Shown here piece after piece: positions 28,766 to 38,395 of a stretch of DNA of 64,000 nt (the stretch's first letter is position 1; every line of letters begins with the position of its first letter). This DNA comes from Minisyncoccia bacterium (GTDB lineage Bacteria; Patescibacteriota; Minisyncoccia; Phycocordibacterales; UBA918). The DNA is taken from the NCBI GenBank assembly GCA_041742075.1, contig JBGSJJ010000005.1, forward strand, positions 97,481-161,480. Direction: 5' to 3'. The position numbers and the translations under genes were made by a program. Below the pieces are notes generated by a model that saw only the letters and a list, made by a program, of their open reading frames with translations, ran no database searches and had not been told where the DNA came from.

Positions 28766-29518
28766 ATGAAGCGCATACTGCACTTTTTCTTTCCCTGGAT
28801 GATAAAGTCAAAATCGTCTACTGTTAAGTATGCGTTCCCACTTTTCTTTGGTATTGCCACCTTGCTTGGCGCTTCTGCCTTATTATCTGAAACTGATACC
28901 TACATTATCCTTGAAGCCGATAATGAAGAGGTGATAGCTGGGCAAAATTTTGCCATTGATGTATATGTCGTAGCTCAAGTGCCAATTAATGCCGTTGATA
29001 TACGAGTCGCGCTTCCAGTGAGTCAGGTAAAGATGCTGGGTGTCGACACGGGTGAGTCAGTTATTACCCTCTGGACCAAGCAACCATATTTTGAAAACGG
29101 CACTGTGTATTTTTCTGGCGGTACGTACCGTAAGGGTTTTGTCGGAAAACATAAAATTGGCACCATTAATGGCCAAGCACTCACCTCTGGGTTAGCCCAC
29201 GTTGGCGTAACCTACGCTGACTTATACGCTGGAGATGGTACGGGCGATAAGGTAACTGTAACAAGTGCGGGTGAAGACAAGACAGAGCTTAAAATTGCTC
29301 GAGAAGATGGGACTTTTTTACCTAGCGCTAGTCTAGAGGGAACCGCTCAGTTTGGTATTGTGGGAGATATTGATGGCGACGGTAAGGTTTCCTTAAAGGA
29401 TTTAAGCGCTTTTATGAATGCCTGGCAAACTAAGTCAGCCAATCATGACTTTGACGGTGATAACAAGATGACATTTCGTGATTTTGGCATTATTTTGTCT
29501 AAGTTTTTCTTTCAATAG
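28766..29518 (+). CDS. Secreted protein with a cohesin-like domain and a C-terminal type-I dockerin-like double repeat. Candidate adaptor protein.
   Basis: YIILEADNEEVIAGQNFAIDVYVVAQVPINAVDIRVALPVSQVKMLGVDTGESVITLWTKQP...VYFSGGTYRKGFVG. Dockerin segments GDIDGDGKVSLKDLSAFMNAW and HDFDGDNKMTFRDFGIILSKFF. Confidence 0.6.
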   Translation: MKRILHFFFPWMIKSKSSTVKYAFPLFFGIATLLGASALLSETDTYIILEADNEEVIAGQNFAIDVYVVAQVPINAVDIRVALPVSQVKMLGVDTGESVITLWTKQPYFENGTVYFSGGTYRKGFVGKHKIGTINGQALTSGLAHVGVTYADLYAGDGTGDKVTVTSAGEDKTELKIAREDGTFLPSASLEGTAQFGIVGDIDGDGKVSLKDLSAFMNAWQTKSANHDFDGDNKMTFRDFGIILSKFFFQ

Positions 29519-29614
29519 TGTTGATAAGTGTTGAAATAGATAGCCCAGTAATAGAGTAAACTATAGTAGTGATGGGAAGTCTCTAAAAAAGACGTATTTT
29601 TTTGGTGGACAAAC

Positions 29615-31156
29615 ATGAAAAAGAAATGTAGAGAACCTGATAGTACATGTAATGCATTACTCTACCGTTTTGTATTTAAAGGCATATATGCTTCATATGT
29701 CGTATTTTTGCTATGCGCATCTTTTGTCTTATCTGGTGTTCATGTTGTTTTTGCCAATGAAGCAGACCTCATTGTCCCAGAAGAAAGTCCACCGCTTTCA
29801 GTCGAAGAGTTTATTGCTACAGAACAAACTCCACCAAGTGAAGTAGTGGAGGATTTTGCGGTAACTGATGATCCAGTAGCACCTGATGAAGCTGAAGCCG
29901 CTGAGCCTGAAACGATTGAACAAGAACTACCGACCTCAAACGAAGAGGTGTCAGACGTTGTAGTACCTGAAGAAATTGAAGATACTGTATCCAGTGTTGA
30001 TGATACAACTCCTCCCCAAAGTGACATTGGTGGAGAGATTTTACCTGACGAGGTTGTCGACACTGCTTCTTCTACTGCCACTTCTACCGTAGAGGTAGAG
30101 ACACCGCTCATGGTAGAAACAAATAGTGATAATTTCTACCAATTTAATAAAGACGAATGTGTACGGGTTGAGGACGGCTCATTTTACTGTGGAGAGGTTG
30201 AGGAGAGTGACGCAAGCGAAGTTTTGGCTGATAGTCTTTTTTCTGCACCAGACTCAGGTGGTGACCTAGAGATATTTCTTCGCTACGATGGTGAGGAAAC
30301 TCAAGTCAGTCATAATGATGAAGATGATGCCGCCCCGTACTACGACGCGAAGTCCCACACGATAGTGTGGCACAGGCTAATAAACGATCGCTACCAGATT
30401 GTCGTCTATGACATAGAAGAGGCGAGTGAGTCAATTCTCACAAGTACGAAAGTGAACAACATGGAACCGTCTCGGTATGGCAACAAAATTGCCTGGCAAC
30501 GCTGGGTTGACTCAAATTGGGAAATAATTTTCTATGATGGAAATGAAGAAAAACAAATCTCAAATTCTATTACTCACGACGTCGCACCACTAGTCTATGA
30601 AAACTACGTACTGTGGAATAGCACCAGTATTGAAGCCGGACAACAGATAGTTATGTATGACATATCTTCTGGTGATTTAACCTATATAAAGGATGCTGAT
30701 GGTGCGGCGGTACAAAATCCAAGAATGGTACTGGTATACGAAACAGCACATGCAAACGGTGACGTGATTACTAAAGGTTTTGACCTCCAGTCGCAAGAAG
30801 TGGTTCCGCTTGGAGCCTTGCCAAGAGAAGTGCCAACAGAAATTCCGGAAAGTGATCAAACGGGTGAGACAAGAGCCTTGATACAAGGTAAATCATCCGG
30901 AAAGGATTCAGAAATTGTTGAACTTGACCTAACAAACGGAACAACGTCAGCTAGTGGGCCAGCACCGGAACCAACCGCCACTAGCTCAACAGCAGAAGTA
31001 ATTGCGGTACCGGTGACGCAAGTAACAGTGACTGAGCCAGTTGACCTCGTTATTCCACAGTATGTTGCGACTTCGTCAAGTGAAACCCCACCACGCATAC
31101 CAGAGGCCATTAGCGACATAGTAATCCCCGCATTTTCAAGCAGTGACACTGAATAG
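29615..31156 (+). CDS. Membrane-anchored, highly acidic protein with TolB/PD40-like beta-propeller repeats.
   Basis: Transmembrane helix ASYVVFLLCASFVLSGVHVVFA. A D/E-rich linker. Repeats such as ...YQIVVYDIEE..., ...WEIIFYDGNEEKQIS... and ...QIVMYDISSGDLTYI... Confidence 0.55.
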   Translation: MKKKCREPDSTCNALLYRFVFKGIYASYVVFLLCASFVLSGVHVVFANEADLIVPEESPPLSVEEFIATEQTPPSEVVEDFAVTDDPVAPDEAEAAEPETIEQELPTSNEEVSDVVVPEEIEDTVSSVDDTTPPQSDIGGEILPDEVVDTASSTATSTVEVETPLMVETNSDNFYQFNKDECVRVEDGSFYCGEVEESDASEVLADSLFSAPDSGGDLEIFLRYDGEETQVSHNDEDDAAPYYDAKSHTIVWHRLINDRYQIVVYDIEEASESILTSTKVNNMEPSRYGNKIAWQRWVDSNWEIIFYDGNEEKQISNSITHDVAPLVYENYVLWNSTSIEAGQQIVMYDISSGDLTYIKDADGAAVQNPRMVLVYETAHANGDVITKGFDLQSQEVVPLGALPREVPTEIPESDQTGETRALIQGKSSGKDSEIVELDLTNGTTSASGPAPEPTATSSTAEVIAVPVTQVTVTEPVDLVIPQYVATSSSETPPRIPEAISDIVIPAFSSSDTE

Positions 31157-31171
31157 ATAAGGTACAATACA

Positions 31172-34100
31172 GTGAAGTGTATGAACCGAACACGGCTGTT
31201 TTATAGTGAGGATAAGAAGCGCTTTAAGCAAGTAATTGTATCAGTGTGTCTTTTTGCGTTACTTCTTTCAGACGTTGCTACCATATTTACTCTTATTACA
31301 CCAATACCTGCCGAGGGTGCGGAAGTGACGATAACGTCGGTTGAAAGTACGACTGCAGCGAGACATTTACATAGCGGTTCACAATCAGTGTTTATATCTG
31401 ACCAGGAGGGGTACAAATTTTTTGCAGAATTTATATCGGCGGGAAACTCTGAGTGCTCGTACGTAAAAACAGAAGATGGTGGTGACACCTGGGGTGTCGC
31501 GCAAAAGGTTGACGACCAAGGAACCGGAACAGACTGTCTTGGTATTACCGTCCACTATGATAAATGGACCCCGGGAGATACTGGTGACTATATCCATATT
31601 TTGACCATGGATAACGGTTCAGACGACTTATTTTATAACCGTCTTGATACAACTGATGATTCACTTTTGGCGGGAGCAACTGCTATTAACGTGACCCAAA
31701 CTGCTGGCTACCCAACGGTGACATTTGTAGACTCAGATAATAAGTCGAGTATTACTAAAAGTACGACTGGTGAGCTATTTATTTCTGTTGACGAAGGAAC
31801 ACTGAATGGTTCAAGAGTGTACCGATGTAGTACCGCCTGCGATACGCCGTCTAACTGGTCTGAAGCAGGTACTTCTCCGCAAGACGATGTGAACGATTGG
31901 TCACTTCTTACGCCGCTTCTGGCTGGAGAAGTTTTGTTAATTAACTGGGACTTATCGGCCAACACCCTTAGGTCGCGTGTTTGGCACACCTCATCTAGCT
32001 CGTGGAGTACTTCATGGACGACAATTACTAACATAGCAGAAGAGAATACGACGTATGACGTTGGTATGTCCGCAGTAACCGATAAAAATGGCGTTGTTTA
32101 TCTCGCACATACTGCAGACAACACCACAATTGGTGGTAATAATGATGACGTTAGAACTAAGCGATACGATGGATCATGGGCTACTACTACCAACGTCGTT
32201 ACAAATACCTCACGAGGGGTTACTCAGGTAGCCTTAGGGCTCGATTCAAACACTAATGATGTCTATGTGGCATACACAGCGAGAACGACGGCCGCTACCG
32301 CCAGTACGACCCGGGTCTATTGGCATAAGTCTACTGATGGAATGTCTACTTGGGGCAGTGAGCAAGGACCAGTAAATACTCCGAGCGGTGACCTGTATGG
32401 TATAGACTTAAACAGAATCTCTAACGAACGTATCTACGCGTCTTGGTATAGCTTAACGGGTAGTCATATACGAGGCGATACTTTAGCTGACGTTTATGGT
32501 GGTGTAGCGGTAAGTGCGACGAGTACGCAAGTAACAGAAGTGCGAGCAAGTTCAACTAACGTCTATAGTGGTGGTACATTTGTCCTTCAAGAAAACTCTA
32601 TCGTACGAACCATCAACTCCATTACGGTAAGTGAGAACGGATCGATCGATGCCTCAACCGGTATTAGAAATACCAAGCTGGTGTACGACCTGGATACATC
32701 TGCTCCGTATAACTGTGTCAGTGAAAGTTACGGTGGTAGTGAACTGCAGTACGGTGACACTGATACCAATGGTTTCTCTGCTTCAGATGGAGTGTCTGCT
32801 TTTAGTGATATCGGGATAACTATTAGTAGTACGTCGGCCATGTGTTTGTATGTCGTACATGATGTAACAAGTGAAGCGGTCGATGGTGACACAATTAACT
32901 TTTATATCGACGACCCAAGTACAGATGTTGAAATATCAGTTGGCGGAGTGGTTGTCCCAAGTACGATAATAGATATTTTTGGTACAACTACGGTGAAAGA
33001 TGATGTCCTTACCCAAAGCCACTATCATTTTAGAAATGATGACGGGAGTGAGACGACAGCTACCTCAAAAACTGGCGGCTCTGAAGATACTGAATTAACT
33101 GCACTCCAGCAAAATTCACCCGTACGGCTTCGTATAGAAGTCTCAAACGAGGGATCAACAACGTCACTCCCAACCTCACTTCGCCTTGAGTATAGTCTCT
33201 CAACTTCAACGTGTAGTGTGGCGACCGGTTGGACCGATGTTGGGGCAACGAATGACGCAATTAATATGTCAAACACTGGTAACTTAACGGATGGCTCAAA
33301 TACAACCGACATTCCCAATGGTGACGGAGGAGTTTCAAACGAAAATACAACATTTTTAAGCAGTAATGGTGGAGTCCGTGACACTAGTTCACAAACCGGA
33401 CCACTTACCTTTGCTTCAACTACCTTTGTTGAGCTTGAGTACTCAATTGTTGCTTCAACCAGTGCACCGGAGGGGAGTGCCTACTGTTTTAGGTTGACTG
33501 ACGCCGGGACGCCACTTGGAAACTATGTTGAATACCCACGGGTCACCATAGACTCAGCCGTAAGGCTTTCAGCCTTAGGGAGTCAGATAGCCAATACAGT
33601 TATTCCAGGAACTGCGGTATATATTGGAGGCGCCTTTGTCCTTGAAGAAAATGTTTTAAGTCGAGATGTTACGAGTATTACCATAAAGGAAAGTGGTAGT
33701 ATCGATGCCACAACTGGCCTTACTAACACGTCTCTTTATTATGAGACTGATACATCGTTGCCGTATGATTGTTCAAGTGAAAGTTATGCTGGTGGTGAAA
33801 CCGCATTTAGTTCAGCCGGCACGTTTACTGGAGCGGATGGAACGGCGACATTTACCGACACGGTAAACTTTTCAACCAGTAGTACCCTTTGCTTGTACGT
33901 GGTAACTGACATTACTGAGTCAGCCGTCAATGGTGAGACACTCGACATTAGCATTACTAACCCTTCAACGGATGTATTAGTAAGTGGTGGGGCAACAGTT
34001 TCGCCGGGCGCTCTCGTTGACATAACCGGGAGTACTACGTTAAATGGGGCAATTTTAACACAGACACATTTTCACTTTAGAAATGATGACGGGAATGAGA

Positions 34101-37100
34101 CGACCGCTACTTCGAAGACTGGCGGAGTAGAAGACATAGTGCTTACTGATTTTCCACGTGAGGTTCCCACCAGAGTCCGCGTGCAGGTATCAAACGAAGG
34201 GAGTGCGAGCTCCGCCCCCGTCGCGTATCAGCTTGAGTACGGCACAAAAATTACTACCTGCGAAAATATCGGAACATGGCTCAGTATGGATTCTGTTAAT
34301 GCAGCGTTTGAGGTGGTTGACTCAAGTAACTTAACTGACGACACTGATACTACTGACATCACTGTCGGGACCGGTGGTGTAACGAATGAAAATACAACTT
34401 TCCTTACACCAAATAGCAGTGTTGAGGAGGGAAGTGCCCTTAGTGCGACAACCACACTGAGCGACACCGAGTTTATTGAACTTGAGTACGTATTTCAGCA
34501 AACTGATAAAGCCGGCTATAACACCAGCTATTGTTTTAGACTGTCTAAGTCTGGTGTACCACTCAATGCCTACGACAAGTACCCCGAACTAACAACGACA
34601 ACTAAAAAAGACTTTAAAGTTCAGCGGGGTAGCACAACTGTCACCGGTACTTCTGTCACTATCACAGCCGGAGTAGACTACGTTGCGCCAAGTTCTACTT
34701 CCTCAGCCTTTATTCGTATAACGAACTCTAACCATACGGGAGCCGGAAGAGTCAGTGGCGGTGGTAACCAATTTGCTCGCGATGTGTCTACCTACATTTC
34801 TAACCCAAGAAACCTACTGACTTCAGTTACGTTTGTGAGACCCACTGGTGCCATTAACAACACGAGAGTTGACTGGGAAATTGTCGAGTATGTTGGTGAC
34901 GTTGGTGGTGATAACGAGATGATTGTACGTGATCAGTACATCGTTGACTATGGAACCACCGCTACTGCCACGTCTGGTCCAGCTGTGTCTGGTGTAGTGA
35001 GTAACAACGATGTTGTTGTGTTTATTACTGGTGCCTTTAGTCCCGACGCTAGTCAAAATGACTATGAAACACTGCAATCTACTTCAAACTGGGCGACCAC
35101 TACTCAGCAACCTACTTTTACTCGAGGGGTAGCGGGAGGTGATGCAGTTCGTTTGAGTTACGCAGTTGTTGAGTTTACCGGTGTCAACTGGAAAGTACAG
35201 CGCATACAACACACCTATACAGCAGTTGGTTCACTTGAAACGAAAGACATTACACCAGTCAATAGTTTAAGTCGGGCATTTATTCATACGCAAAAGCAGA
35301 TGACGAATGGCCTTCAATCTATGGCAAACTTTGGTCACGAAGTGTGGCTGTCGAGTATTGGTGTACTTTCGTTTCGTCTTGATGGTGCCGCCACAACAGC
35401 TTCAGGTCACACCTCAGTGGCGTGGGTTATAGAGAATACTCAGCTTACCCTCGGTGCTATGAAAGTCCACCGGGATGCAAGTGGGTCAACCTCAGGTGGG
35501 GTTGAACCACTCAACCTTTCACTCGCCATTGGAGCAACTTTGGCTGCCACCACCACCAGTTCAATCTTTGCTAACTCTCGACTCTCTAGTAACGGAGCCA
35601 ACTTCCCTCAACCAATTGCTGGTTTTTCAATTGCCTCAACCACCAACATTCTGCTGTGGCGGAGTGATTCCGGTAACGTACTTACTTTTCGCGTGGAGGT
35701 AGTTGAGTGGCCAGTAGCAGAACTTTCGTTTAGACAGAACTACTACCAATTTTACGTAGATAATGGAAGTAGTACACCAGAGGATATCTGGCCACCCGGA
35801 CCGACAGACCTTGATGAAAATGCAGCCGTCACAGGAGCGTACGAACCGATAGGTGAAGGAGAACAGATACGTATTCGTATGACACTTAAAGTTGCTAATG
35901 CGACGTTCCCTGACAATAATCAGAGTTTCAAACTTCAATATGGGAGACGCACTACTCCATCATGTACAGCAATTTCTTCCTGGAGTGATGTAGGCAACGT
36001 CGGCAGTGGTGCCGTTTGGCGAGGCTATAACACGGCAGCTATCGATGGTTCAACGTTACCAAGTACGCTGATATCAATTGCTGACGTAGCAGGTACTTTT
36101 GAGGAAGAAAATAACTCAGCCGTAAACCCAAATACCGTACTTGAGACTGAAGATATCGAATACGATTGGGCAATTGAACACAACGGTGCCCTCCAGCGCT
36201 CTGACTATTGTTTTAGAATGGTGTATGCGGATGGAACGCCACTGTCTGTCTACTCAGAGTACCCAACCCTGCGCACAACCGGCTACACACCAGTTATTTC
36301 AAAGTGGCGCTGGTATACCGATGAGAGTAGTGCTACGCCACTTATACCACTGGCTGGTGAAAACGTGAGCCCGATAGATGTCGTAAACAGTGAAGTTCTT
36401 AAACTACGCGTGACGCTCCGGGAAGTAGAAAGCGCAACGGGTGAAAATGTTAAGTTCGCTGTGCAGTATTCACAGTACGCTAACTTTAGCGATGGCGGTA
36501 CGTTTATTACAAGCACGACCACGTGTACCAGCTCTTCAACGTGGTGCTATGCCGATGTAGCTGGAATTGATAACGAGCTCATCGATGAAGCAATTCTGTC
36601 TGATGCTGAGTCGTGCGCGTCAGCGACTGGAACCGGCTGTGGTACCTATAACGAAATCGCCTCGTCTACTAGTTTACTGACCCAGGATGCCCTTAGTACC
36701 CTTGAGTTTGAATACGCGATTAGGCAAGGTATTCCACGAGTCGGAGGAACCTACTACTTCCGTCTGTATGATACGGTTAACAATGAACCAATTTCTGCCT
36801 CCTCCTCTACCTTCCCGAGTCTGATCACTGAAGGTGCACTCTTATCTTTTTCGGTAAACGGATTACCATCTGGTACTACAACTGAAGGTATTGTGACAGA
36901 TGCCACTACCACTCCAACCTCTCTTTCGTTTGGCTACTTACCATTTGATGATGTTCAATATGGTGCCCATCGGTTGAGTGTCTCAACCAACGCCACTGAA
37001 GGGTATCGATTGTTCGTAGTAGCTGACCAACAGTTAACTGACCTGTATGGCAATACTATTTTGCCGATTTCTGGTACCAATACCGCTCCGGTCAGTTGGG

Positions 37101-37354
37101 CTACCGGCTGTTCAGTCTTAGCAAACAGTTGCTTTGGTTACCACGCTGGAGATGACGTTCTGGAGGGAGGATCAGCACGTTTTGCGCCAAATGATACGTT
37201 TTCTAGTATCAACACTAGTTTGGGCGAGATTATGTACAGTACCGTGCCGGCGAGCGATACTCATGATATTGTATATGGGATCTCAGTTAGTGAACGGGCG
37301 CCAGCCGGTGCGTACCAAAACAATATTTCCTATATAGCGGTACCAGTGTATTAA
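31172..37354 (+). CDS. Giant secreted surface protein (2060 aa) with BNR/Asp-box repeats near the N-terminus and an internal tandem duplication of about 1.05 kb.
   Basis: Transmembrane or signal segment VIVSVCLFALLLSDVATIFTLI. BNR motifs TEDGGDTWG and STDGMSTWG. The repeated module ...LTQ(S/T)H(Y/F)HFRNDDG(S/N)ETTATSKTGG...LEY(S/G) occurs at about nt 33000 and 34060. Confidence 0.8.
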   Translation: MKCMNRTRLFYSEDKKRFKQVIVSVCLFALLLSDVATIFTLITPIPAEGAEVTITSVESTTAARHLHSGSQSVFISDQEGYKFFAEFISAGNSECSYVKTEDGGDTWGVAQKVDDQGTGTDCLGITVHYDKWTPGDTGDYIHILTMDNGSDDLFYNRLDTTDDSLLAGATAINVTQTAGYPTVTFVDSDNKSSITKSTTGELFISVDEGTLNGSRVYRCSTACDTPSNWSEAGTSPQDDVNDWSLLTPLLAGEVLLINWDLSANTLRSRVWHTSSSSWSTSWTTITNIAEENTTYDVGMSAVTDKNGVVYLAHTADNTTIGGNNDDVRTKRYDGSWATTTNVVTNTSRGVTQVALGLDSNTNDVYVAYTARTTAATASTTRVYWHKSTDGMSTWGSEQGPVNTPSGDLYGIDLNRISNERIYASWYSLTGSHIRGDTLADVYGGVAVSATSTQVTEVRASSTNVYSGGTFVLQENSIVRTINSITVSENGSIDASTGIRNTKLVYDLDTSAPYNCVSESYGGSELQYGDTDTNGFSASDGVSAFSDIGITISSTSAMCLYVVHDVTSEAVDGDTINFYIDDPSTDVEISVGGVVVPSTIIDIFGTTTVKDDVLTQSHYHFRNDDGSETTATSKTGGSEDTELTALQQNSPVRLRIEVSNEGSTTSLPTSLRLEYSLSTSTCSVATGWTDVGATNDAINMSNTGNLTDGSNTTDIPNGDGGVSNENTTFLSSNGGVRDTSSQTGPLTFASTTFVELEYSIVASTSAPEGSAYCFRLTDAGTPLGNYVEYPRVTIDSAVRLSALGSQIANTVIPGTAVYIGGAFVLEENVLSRDVTSITIKESGSIDATTGLTNTSLYYETDTSLPYDCSSESYAGGETAFSSAGTFTGADGTATFTDTVNFSTSSTLCLYVVTDITESAVNGETLDISITNPSTDVLVSGGATVSPGALVDITGSTTLNGAILTQTHFHFRNDDGNETTATSKTGGVEDIVLTDFPREVPTRVRVQVSNEGSASSAPVAYQLEYGTKITTCENIGTWLSMDSVNAAFEVVDSSNLTDDTDTTDITVGTGGVTNENTTFLTPNSSVEEGSALSATTTLSDTEFIELEYVFQQTDKAGYNTSYCFRLSKSGVPLNAYDKYPELTTTTKKDFKVQRGSTTVTGTSVTITAGVDYVAPSSTSSAFIRITNSNHTGAGRVSGGGNQFARDVSTYISNPRNLLTSVTFVRPTGAINNTRVDWEIVEYVGDVGGDNEMIVRDQYIVDYGTTATATSGPAVSGVVSNNDVVVFITGAFSPDASQNDYETLQSTSNWATTTQQPTFTRGVAGGDAVRLSYAVVEFTGVNWKVQRIQHTYTAVGSLETKDITPVNSLSRAFIHTQKQMTNGLQSMANFGHEVWLSSIGVLSFRLDGAATTASGHTSVAWVIENTQLTLGAMKVHRDASGSTSGGVEPLNLSLAIGATLAATTTSSIFANSRLSSNGANFPQPIAGFSIASTTNILLWRSDSGNVLTFRVEVVEWPVAELSFRQNYYQFYVDNGSSTPEDIWPPGPTDLDENAAVTGAYEPIGEGEQIRIRMTLKVANATFPDNNQSFKLQYGRRTTPSCTAISSWSDVGNVGSGAVWRGYNTAAIDGSTLPSTLISIADVAGTFEEENNSAVNPNTVLETEDIEYDWAIEHNGALQRSDYCFRMVYADGTPLSVYSEYPTLRTTGYTPVISKWRWYTDESSATPLIPLAGENVSPIDVVNSEVLKLRVTLREVESATGENVKFAVQYSQYANFSDGGTFITSTTTCTSSSTWCYADVAGIDNELIDEAILSDAESCASATGTGCGTYNEIASSTSLLTQDALSTLEFEYAIRQGIPRVGGTYYFRLYDTVNNEPISASSSTFPSLITEGALLSFSVNGLPSGTTTEGIVTDATTTPTSLSFGYLPFDDVQYGAHRLSVSTNATEGYRLFVVADQQLTDLYGNTILPISGTNTAPVSWATGCSVLANSCFGYHAGDDVLEGGSARFAPNDTFSSINTSLGEIMYSTVPASDTHDIVYGISVSERAPAGAYQNNISYIAVPVY

Positions 37355-37363
37355 AATAATAGT

Positions 37364-38395
37364 ATGAATGTATCTCTATCGCTCTCTATACGTCTTCTAA
37401 TCAGCATTGTTTTAGGTCTGTTTCTTTTAAGCACTACGACACTGACTTTTGCAGCTAGCTATTCGGTGTCACCACTCGTTATCGACCGAACTGTCAGTCC
37501 ACGTGAATCAGAAACAGTGCCAATTACTATTACCAACTCAACTGGTGGGCCGGTCCGTCTGTATGCAACCGTAAATACTATTAATGTAGACGAGAATGGC
37601 GCCATCACAGAATTTGTCGAGCCTTCGATGGTTGACACTACCGTTACGGTCACCTCGTGGCTTCAGATTTCACGACAGCGGATTGAGCTACCGGCTGGAG
37701 AAACGTTTACCACTGAACTAACTCTAAAAATCCCTGCCAAAATAGAGCCAGGCGAGTATCATGCGTTTATTGGTTTCCCTGATGCGAGTAATCGGCCTGA
37801 AGCGGAAGCACAAGTGGCAACGGGAAATGTTCCGGGTGTAGTGGTACGGATAGCAGTGGGGGATGATTCCTTCTCACTTCTACGCATGAGCAAGTTTTAT
37901 ATCGATCGGTTTATCACGACAAAGGCAGACCGCACTGCAGTAATTACGCTAGCCAATACCGGTACCCAGCCAGTAACTCCAACCGGTGAAATAATTTTTT
38001 ATAACACCAAGGGTATTGAAGTAAATGCTGTCCCACTTACAAGCGAATCAGTCACTATCCTAGAGGGTGGAGAAGCGAGTATTAACGTCGACTTACCGAG
38101 CGATTTGCGTTTTGGTAAGTACAAGGCCTTTCTTAACATGCAGTACGGCAACAATCAAACCGCTCAACTGCAAGACACAACGTTCTTTTACATTATCCCG
38201 ATCTATCATTTATTGGCCATTTTTATGACGTTACTCGTCTTAGCGCTTATACTTGCACTTAAAGTCCATCGCCAGTATGCTCGTGTAACTGATGATGATT
38301 TTGCTAAGATAGGTGCTATACCTATGTATGTGCGGGGCGTAACGTCAGAACCTCAAGACCATGATATTGACCTCAAAAATCAGAATAGTAAGTAG
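37364..38395 (+). CDS. Two-domain surface protein anchored by a C-terminal transmembrane helix. Paralog of 21283 and 38361.
   Basis: Signal peptide. Second domain with VITLANTGTQPVTPTGEIIFYNTKG. Transmembrane helix LLAIFMTLLVLALILAL. Confidence 0.6.
   Translation: MNVSLSLSIRLLISIVLGLFLLSTTTLTFAASYSVSPLVIDRTVSPRESETVPITITNSTGGPVRLYATVNTINVDENGAITEFVEPSMVDTTVTVTSWLQISRQRIELPAGETFTTELTLKIPAKIEPGEYHAFIGFPDASNRPEAEAQVATGNVPGVVVRIAVGDDSFSLLRMSKFYIDRFITTKADRTAVITLANTGTQPVTPTGEIIFYNTKGIEVNAVPLTSESVTILEGGEASINVDLPSDLRFGKYKAFLNMQYGNNQTAQLQDTTFFYIIPIYHLLAIFMTLLVLALILALKVHRQYARVTDDDFAKIGAIPMYVRGVTSEPQDHDIDLKNQNSK

Noticed and set aside
29519-29614. Possible terminator AAAAAAGACGTATTTTTTT after the 28766 gene.
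   Set aside because: The stem would be A/T-only and very weak, so it is not convincing as an intrinsic terminator.
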